From Pseudomonadales bacterium (GTDB lineage Bacteria; Pseudomonadota; Gammaproteobacteria; Pseudomonadales; JAHEIH01), in contig DATHYR010000041.1 in the NCBI GenBank assembly GCA_035458985.1, positions 16,910-80,909 on the forward strand: a stretch of DNA of 64,000 nt, in the 5' to 3' direction. Shown one piece after another: positions 58,523 to 64,000 of the stretch; the first letter of the stretch is position 1; every line of letters starts with the position of its first letter. The notes under the pieces are model-generated. The model searched no databases, was not told the DNA's origin, and saw only the letters and a list, made by a program, of their open reading frames with translations. A program made the translations under genes and the position numbers.

Positions 58523-59743
58523 CTAAAGTAGCCTTATATTCCCATCACGATCGTAATAGGCCATACAATAATCTTGCGGACTTAAAGCTTCATGACCGTC
58601 AACATTGAGCAGTTTATCGAATGCACTAAATGGCTGCTGGTACGTTTTAATAAGACCGTGCACCGGAGTAGTAAGGTTTTCTAATGACTCACGGAGATCT
58701 TGCCTTCGCAACTGAGTATTTTGAGCAAGATCAACATGCTTGAGCGCTTCAATCAGCAAAAGCATAGCATCATGCGCATGTATGAACCCGACCGGAGAAG
58801 TAATATCTTCAGCGTCATTTATAACCGGATAAAATATTTGACGAGCACGCGCCAAAACATCTTTACCATAATCACTCAATGACGGAGACATGAAGGAAAA
58901 GCAGCTTTGTATAAACGTCAATTGAAGCTTTTGACGTATTTCATGAGGAACATTTTCCTCAAATCTTCCAGCTGAAATACCCCAATGACTTATTAATTTT
59001 ATTGATTCAGATGAATCAATACTTCCCAAAGCTTGAGCTATAATTGCCCCTTCAATGGGATTAGCAACCAATATTACACAGTCGGCTTCACTACGAGAAA
59101 TCTGACGGGCTAATATGTTAGCGCTGTCTTCGTGAAGGTTTATTCCAAAACGCAGAACTAGTGGTTGAGACACCCCGTGTTGTAGCAATGTCTGACCAAT
59201 ATTTTTCAAATTGTAGTCACCCCACGGAGTAGACTCCAAAAGAATGACTGGGCGTTGACACTGCCTTTGTAGCATAGCGAAATTGGTCAAGAATTCACCG
59301 GCATACGCATCGTCAATGGATACACGGAATACCCAATTTTCTCCCTCATCAAATCGTGTAATAGGAGCACCTGCCGCCCATGGAACTATCGTGACAAGAT
59401 TGAGATTATTAATAAATGCACGGTTGGTTATTAATGGGGGGGAGTGCACACCTGCCATCACGGCGATGGCAGAGGGATCATCAGCGGCCTTCTTAAAATT
59501 AAGCTTACTGCGAAGGACATTACCTCGATGATCGAGAGGTACAATTTTTAGGGTATAGCCACCGATATTATTGTTAACCGAGGATAACGCCGTTTGCATG
59601 CCACGTAGAATTGAAGAAGCAGAACTTTTATTGATCGACAGGTCGGCATCAAAATATAAGGTGAGTTGTTTATCATCCGCGTACAAAATTTGGCTGTACA
59701 TCCATAAGAAGATCATGATTAGCTTCAATATTCTCATGAACAC
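58523..59743 (-). CDS. periplasmic type-1 binding protein (Leu/Ile/Val-binding-like), probable sensor partner of the kinase
   Basis: Signal peptide, then LTLYFDADLS...G..LKIVPLD.RGN...AVMAGVHSP, reminiscent of the Peripla_BP_6 fold. 28 nt upstream of the kinase gene. AT-rich. Confidence 0.7.
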   Translation of the reverse strand: MFMRILKLIMIFLWMYSQILYADDKQLTLYFDADLSINKSSASSILRGMQTALSSVNNNIGGYTLKIVPLDHRGNVLRSKLNFKKAADDPSAIAVMAGVHSPPLITNRAFINNLNLVTIVPWAAGAPITRFDEGENWVFRVSIDDAYAGEFLTNFAMLQRQCQRPVILLESTPWGDYNLKNIGQTLLQHGVSQPLVLRFGINLHEDSANILARQISRSEADCVILVANPIEGAIIAQALGSIDSSESIKLISHWGISAGRFEENVPHEIRQKLQLTFIQSCFSFMSPSLSDYGKDVLARARQIFYPVINDAEDITSPVGFIHAHDAMLLLIEALKHVDLAQNTQLRRQDLRESLENLTTPVHGLIKTYQQPFSAFDKLLNVDGHEALSPQDYCMAYYDRDGNIRLL

Positions 59744-59899
59744 TCCCCTCGTTTAGATGTCGTGCGGTATGCTGATCGATGTAACAAATTAGTGATATTC
59801 ATACTCTAGTACATCAGCAATAACTGTACAGACCAAACAGCATAAAAATAGACAATCAAAGACAGCGTGCCAACACCATGTCGTTGCTTAAGGACGGTA

Positions 59900-60568
59900 T
59901 TAATCGGTCTTTACAAATCTGTATGTCTTGTTATCAATCAACAAAAGACGATGAAAGGGTGCATCTTCCGTCATGGCGCCTTGATGCCATCCACTGTCGC
60001 CAGGGTATAGCGCCACCATACCACCTTCGTAACGCACCACCTTAGGCACGTAATCGAAATATGGTCGGTCGTGTAAAAAATCACGCATGCTCGCTGGTGT
60101 ATTGTGCGCCTGTAAATCGTGGAGACTGACAATGGTCGGAGGCATCATTTTGTACTCCCCTGCCGACGCCCTTTTCCACGCCTCGGGTAATGAGATCCAA
60201 TGACCCGACACAATCTCAGAGCCATCAACCGTCAACGAGGTGTCGGGCGCGACGAAAGCCACAAATAAATGGGTTCGAAAACGGTAGCGTGCAGAGGTCG
60301 GCCCAGTCCACGTGGCCAGATAATATAATTCACCTAAGCCATCGATGCCGGCTTCTTCTAAACATTCTCGCCGCGCCGCATGGTAGGCCGCGTCGACTTC
60401 ACCATCGCCGTCGCGGTAATCGAATTCTTCTATCTTGCCACCCGGGAATACCCAATGACCCGGGGCAAAACTGAGTTGCTCGCTGCGCTGCAGTAGTAAG
60501 GTATCAAAGCCCTCTGAAGAGGGTTTAAGTAATACGACTGAGGCCGCCGGCCTTATGTGGTTATCCAT
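59900..60568 (-). CDS. NUDIX hydrolase
   Basis: Nudix box GGKIEE...AARRECLEEAGI. Start moved to MDNHIRPAASVVLL (60568), because the longer ORF would overlap the abgT 3' end. Confidence 0.7.
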   Translation of the reverse strand: MDNHIRPAASVVLLKPSSEGFDTLLLQRSEQLSFAPGHWVFPGGKIEEFDYRDGDGEVDAAYHAARRECLEEAGIDGLGELYYLATWTGPTSARYRFRTHLFVAFVAPDTSLTVDGSEIVSGHWISLPEAWKRASAGEYKMMPPTIVSLHDLQAHNTPASMRDFLHDRPYFDYVPKVVRYEGGMVALYPGDSGWHQGAMTEDAPFHRLLLIDNKTYRFVKTD

Positions 60569-60621
60569 CGGGTGCCTGCCAGAAACAAGGGGTATATGGC
60601 TTTGGTATCGCGACGGCCATA

Positions 60622-62220
60622 TTAAGGTTGATAGTAAATGGGCGAGCCAGGCCCCACCGGCAGACCAAAACCAAAGACCCATACATAAAACAGTGCTACC
60701 CAGCCCACGAAGAAAATCATACTGTAAGGCAGCATGATCGATATCAACGTACCTATACCAATATCTTTTTGATAGCGCGCGGCCACGGCCAGAATAAGCC
60801 CGAAATAACTCATCATCGGCGTTATAAGGTTGGTAACAGAGTCACCGATACGGTACGCCGCCTGAATGGTTTCTGGCGCATAACCTATAAGCATTAACAT
60901 TGGGACAAATATGGGGGCTGTCGCTGCCCACTGAGCAGAGGATGAGCCTAAACTCAAATTGATCAATGCACAGAGGAAAATAAAGCCAACAAAGACCTCT
61001 GGACCGGTAAGATTGAGTGCCTGTAGCAATGCCGCGCCTTTAATAGCCAAGATGGTGCCGAAATTGGTCCATTTGAAAAACGCCACAAACTGAGCAGCAA
61101 AAAAGACTAACACAATATATAGGCCCATTGAGCTCATCGACGTCGACATAGCATTAATGACATCGCGGTCGCTTTTCATGGTGCCGACCACTCGCCCGTA
61201 GACATACCCAGGAATGGCAAACGTCACAAAGATAAAAGCCACAATTCCTTTTAAAAAAGGCGAACCCGCCACCTCACCGGTCTGCGGATGGCGTAATATG
61301 CCGTCGGCAGGGACAATGGTCCATGCCAACAAGAGGCACATGACAACAAACGCGACCCCAGCCCAACGCAAACCGCGTTTTTCAAGATCACTGACCTTGT
61401 CTACTGAGGTATTGCTCAGATCAACACTGGCGTTGGCATGACTGTATTTACCGAGTCGAGGCTCCACAATGCTCTCGGTCACAAAGGTGCCAAGACCAGA
61501 AATCAGAAAGACCGATACCATCATGAAATACCAATTTGCCTCGGGCCCTACCACGTAAGTTGGATCAATCATTTGCGCGGCAGGGGTTGTAATGCCCGCT
61601 AGCAAAGGGTCAATCGTACCGAGAAGAAGGTTAGCACTGTACCCCCCCGACACACCGGCGAAAGCCGCCGCCAAACCTGCCAGAGGGTGTCGACCAAGAC
61701 TGTGGAAGATCATCGCCGCCAATGGAATGAGTACGACATAACCCAGCTCTGAAGCCGTGTTAGAGAGAATACCAGCAAATACCACCGTGAAGGTTACTAG
61801 CCGTTTGGAGGCCTCCATGACCATGTTGCGCATCACGGCAGATAATAAGCCTGAGTGTTCCGCCACACTCACCCCAAGGATGGCTACTAACACCGTACCC
61901 AGGGGGGCAAAACTGGTAAAATTTGTGACCAAGCCCGTCACAATGCGCTGTAAGCCTTCCACCGACAGCAAGCTGACTACTTCGATCACCCCATCGGGTG
62001 AGCGACCACGGGCACCCACTGGCCGAGGATCTTCAACGGCCAAGCCGAAGAAGTCAGCAATACCGCTACCTACAACAATAACTACACAGAATATGGCGAA
62101 TAAGGTAATAGGATGAGGGAGTAAATTACCTAAAAACTCTACGCTGCTTAAAAAACGGTTAAACAAACCATTGCTAGGCGCCTTGACGTTCGATGTCATT
62201 ATTAAAACCTTTGATGTCAT
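60622..62220 (-). CDS. abgT: AbgT family (p-aminobenzoyl-glutamate / antimetabolite) transporter
   Basis: 532 aa. N-terminal FLSSVEFLGNLLPHP motif and a ~12-13 TM layout characteristic of AbgT/MtrF. Confidence 0.85.
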   Translation of the reverse strand: MTSKVLIMTSNVKAPSNGLFNRFLSSVEFLGNLLPHPITLFAIFCVVIVVGSGIADFFGLAVEDPRPVGARGRSPDGVIEVVSLLSVEGLQRIVTGLVTNFTSFAPLGTVLVAILGVSVAEHSGLLSAVMRNMVMEASKRLVTFTVVFAGILSNTASELGYVVLIPLAAMIFHSLGRHPLAGLAAAFAGVSGGYSANLLLGTIDPLLAGITTPAAQMIDPTYVVGPEANWYFMMVSVFLISGLGTFVTESIVEPRLGKYSHANASVDLSNTSVDKVSDLEKRGLRWAGVAFVVMCLLLAWTIVPADGILRHPQTGEVAGSPFLKGIVAFIFVTFAIPGYVYGRVVGTMKSDRDVINAMSTSMSSMGLYIVLVFFAAQFVAFFKWTNFGTILAIKGAALLQALNLTGPEVFVGFIFLCALINLSLGSSSAQWAATAPIFVPMLMLIGYAPETIQAAYRIGDSVTNLITPMMSYFGLILAVAARYQKDIGIGTLISIMLPYSMIFFVGWVALFYVWVFGFGLPVGPGSPIYYQP

Positions 62221-62371
62221 ATCACATGCCTTAACCTTAAATGGCTACGGCCAGATTTTCTCTGTCATTCCCCGCCTTTAGGGGTGCAATAAGGTCGTTA
62301 TCAACTGACGCAACGACACCGTCTTTGCTAACATCCGATCCTACCAACGCACAACGGCACAGAAAAACACC

Positions 62372-63022
62372 ATGAAAACGTACATTTGGGACATCCCTCT
62401 TCGCCTCTTCCATGGCCTATTGTTTATTTTGGTCAGCCTTGCATGGTTTAGTGTTGAGATCCTTGATGATCTTGAACTGCATTTTTTGTGCGGCTATGCC
62501 ATTTTGGGATTGATGATATTTCGACTTGTATGGGGCATGGTGGGGCCTGAACATGCCCGGTTTAAAGGTTTTGTGGTGGGACCCACGGCGATTAAACGCT
62601 ACCTACAAGGCCATTATGGTGAATATCGGGGCGGACATACTCCTCTCGGGGCACTGTCTGTGGTCTTTCTCATTGGCGCGATTTCAGCACAGGCGGTATC
62701 AGGGCTTTTTAGTGATGATGAATACTACTTTTTCGGTCCCCTCAATCGCTTCGTATCATCTGACGTGGTTGATCTGTTGAGTGCATTCCACCTCTTCAAC
62801 GTCGATGTGCTTTTCATCGCTATTGGGCTGCATCTTCTCGCCATTGCCTATTACGAATTTTTCAAAAAAGAACGTTTAACACTGGCGATGCTGACGGGTT
62901 ATAAACGAGACACAGAGAAAAAGTTTACTGCAATTCGCCATTCCAACATGGGTCTAGCCATCGTTATTGCCTTGATATCCGCCGCCATCGCGGCAGGTAT
63001 TGCAAGTCTTGAGGCCAGTTGA
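62372..63022 (+). CDS. cytochrome b561/Ni-Fe-hydrogenase b-type cytochrome family membrane protein
   Basis: WDIPLRLFHGLL, four TM helices with conserved His (H in TM1, HLLAIAYY in TM4), and RLVWG. Confidence 0.78.
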   Translation: MKTYIWDIPLRLFHGLLFILVSLAWFSVEILDDLELHFLCGYAILGLMIFRLVWGMVGPEHARFKGFVVGPTAIKRYLQGHYGEYRGGHTPLGALSVVFLIGAISAQAVSGLFSDDEYYFFGPLNRFVSSDVVDLLSAFHLFNVDVLFIAIGLHLLAIAYYEFFKKERLTLAMLTGYKRDTEKKFTAIRHSNMGLAIVIALISAAIAAGIASLEAS

Positions 63023-63060
63023 TAAAACGGGAGCCTTCTCGGGTTGGGCTCCCACGCTTA

Positions 63061-63507
63061 TCAATGACGCTCTTTGAAATTCTTGTGGCAACCACCACAG
63101 CCCTCGCGACCAAAGTTACGCGCATCAAATGAAGCCATGTCGTAATCCTCACTGGCAACGTCTGCCGCCATTGAGCGCATTTTTTGCGCCGCTTCGTTAA
63201 AGGCGGCCATGTCCTCCCAAACCGCAGGCTTAGCCTTCGAGTCCGCCACTAAACTATTCGCAATAAAACCCTCGGTAATCAGACCCGTTAAATAGGCCAA
63301 ATCATTGGCATGCTTCTGGAAGGTCGCGCGGTCATCCTGTGCTTTAGCCGCCGCTAATTGCCCCACTTTCCAAGATAAACTTTGAAATACGCCTTGGCGA
63401 AAATCCACGGCCTGTTCCTCGATACTAGGTGGCTGAGCATGCGCTAAAGCAGAGATCGTGGTTAACACAAAAATGGAAGATGCGCATAGGCGTATAAGTG
63501 GTTTCAT
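63061..63507 (-). CDS. cytochrome c' (class II cytochrome c)
   Basis: Signal peptide. A four-helix-bundle-sized 148-aa protein with a single C-terminal heme site CGGCHKNFKER. Confidence 0.85.
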   Translation of the reverse strand: MKPLIRLCASSIFVLTTISALAHAQPPSIEEQAVDFRQGVFQSLSWKVGQLAAAKAQDDRATFQKHANDLAYLTGLITEGFIANSLVADSKAKPAVWEDMAAFNEAAQKMRSMAADVASEDYDMASFDARNFGREGCGGCHKNFKERH

Positions 63508-63670
63508 GGCAAAGCTCCTTAATCATTAACATTAGTATCACTGCAGTCTAGAACAAAAAACATGGCAATGTCTGTCACGTTGGCGCAAGTTTCATGGCCA
63601 TGATCCACTCTGTTAGTAGTGACCTCTCCCAACTAGCATAGCGAGTACTTATAAGATAAAGGATCACGCT

Positions 63671-64000
63671 GTGAAAAAGTTCATGCCCACCTCCCTCATT
63701 GCCGCGCTTGGCCTTAGCGTCTCGGTGCAGGCTGCCAATCCTTTGGTATGGCTCGATGACAACCGCCAACAGTTTATCGATGTTGCAGACGCTTTGTGGC
63801 AAAAAGCCGAAGTGGGTTATCTTGAAACAGAATCCATGGCACTGTTGAGTCAGACGCTGGAAAACGAAGGTTTTACCGTGACCCGAGGTGTGGCGGACAT
63901 TCCCACTGCGTTCGTCGCCGAATACGGTAACGGTGGCCCGATTATCGGTATTCTTGCTGAATTTGATGCCCTGCCCGGCATTAGCCAATCCGCGTCACCG
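63671..64000 (+). CDS. M20 family amidohydrolase, AbgB-like (3' end outside window; not in the ORF track)
   Basis: Open frame from the GTG at 63671 (AAAGGA 8 nt upstream) to the window end: VKKFMPTSLIAALGLSVSVQA|ANPLVWLDDNRQQFIDVADALWQKAEVGYLETES...GGPIIGILAEFDALPGISQ. Signal peptide plus an M20D N-terminal pattern. Confidence 0.72.
   Translation, partial: MKKFMPTSLIAALGLSVSVQAANPLVWLDDNRQQFIDVADALWQKAEVGYLETESMALLSQTLENEGFTVTRGVADIPTAFVAEYGNGGPIIGILAEFDALPGISQSASP

Noticed and set aside
63575-63988. 137-aa minus-strand ORF at the window end
   Set aside because: It has no recognisable motifs and lies antisense to a much more convincing plus-strand M20 amidohydrolase frame, which has a signal peptide, an RBS and family-like sequence.

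Overview
This is a 64-kb stretch of a gammaproteobacterial chromosome, probably from an aerobic or microaerobic marine-type organism. I cannot name the taxon from sequence alone. It is gene-dense (about 66 CDS and one tRNA) and mostly housekeeping. I saw no rRNA, CRISPR array, transposase or integrase.

Main blocks, in order:
- A light-response cluster of three photolyase/cryptochrome paralogs plus a hidden DUF2256 zinc-ribbon ORF.
- aroG-type DAHP synthase.
- glnK-amtB.
- hrpB.
- lptG / pepA-holC.
- The conserved ndk-rlmN-pilW-rodZ-ispG-hisS-yfgM-bamB-der block.
- dusC and fnr/anr.
- A complete cbb3 oxidase locus (yip1-ccoNOQP, ccoGHIS, tauE-like) with a textbook class II FNR promoter.
- tRNA-Ala(GGC).
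- An AbgT transporter with a nearby M20 amidohydrolase.
- A cytochrome b561 / cytochrome c' pair.

The most interesting accessory element is a compact five-gene minus-strand locus at 47049-51199. It encodes an HlyD-type fusion protein, a 67-aa LuxR-type HTH-only protein, a small peptide with a canonical double-glycine leader, a small three-helix membrane protein, and a C39-peptidase ABC exporter. This is the full parts list of a class II microcin-like secreted-peptide system. I do not recognise the 45-aa cargo as any described microcin.

Secondary points of interest:
- A sharply AT-rich ~3.4-kb insert carrying a periplasmic-binding protein and an orphan hybrid histidine kinase.
- Two real small genes missed by the ORF track (DUF2256 and ccoS).
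- A tandemly duplicated terminator module after the tRNA.
- lptG sitting next to pepA without lptF.
- A ~26-aa-periodic PD(I/V)S repeat protein.

All functional calls come from reading the translations against remembered family motifs. No database search was run.
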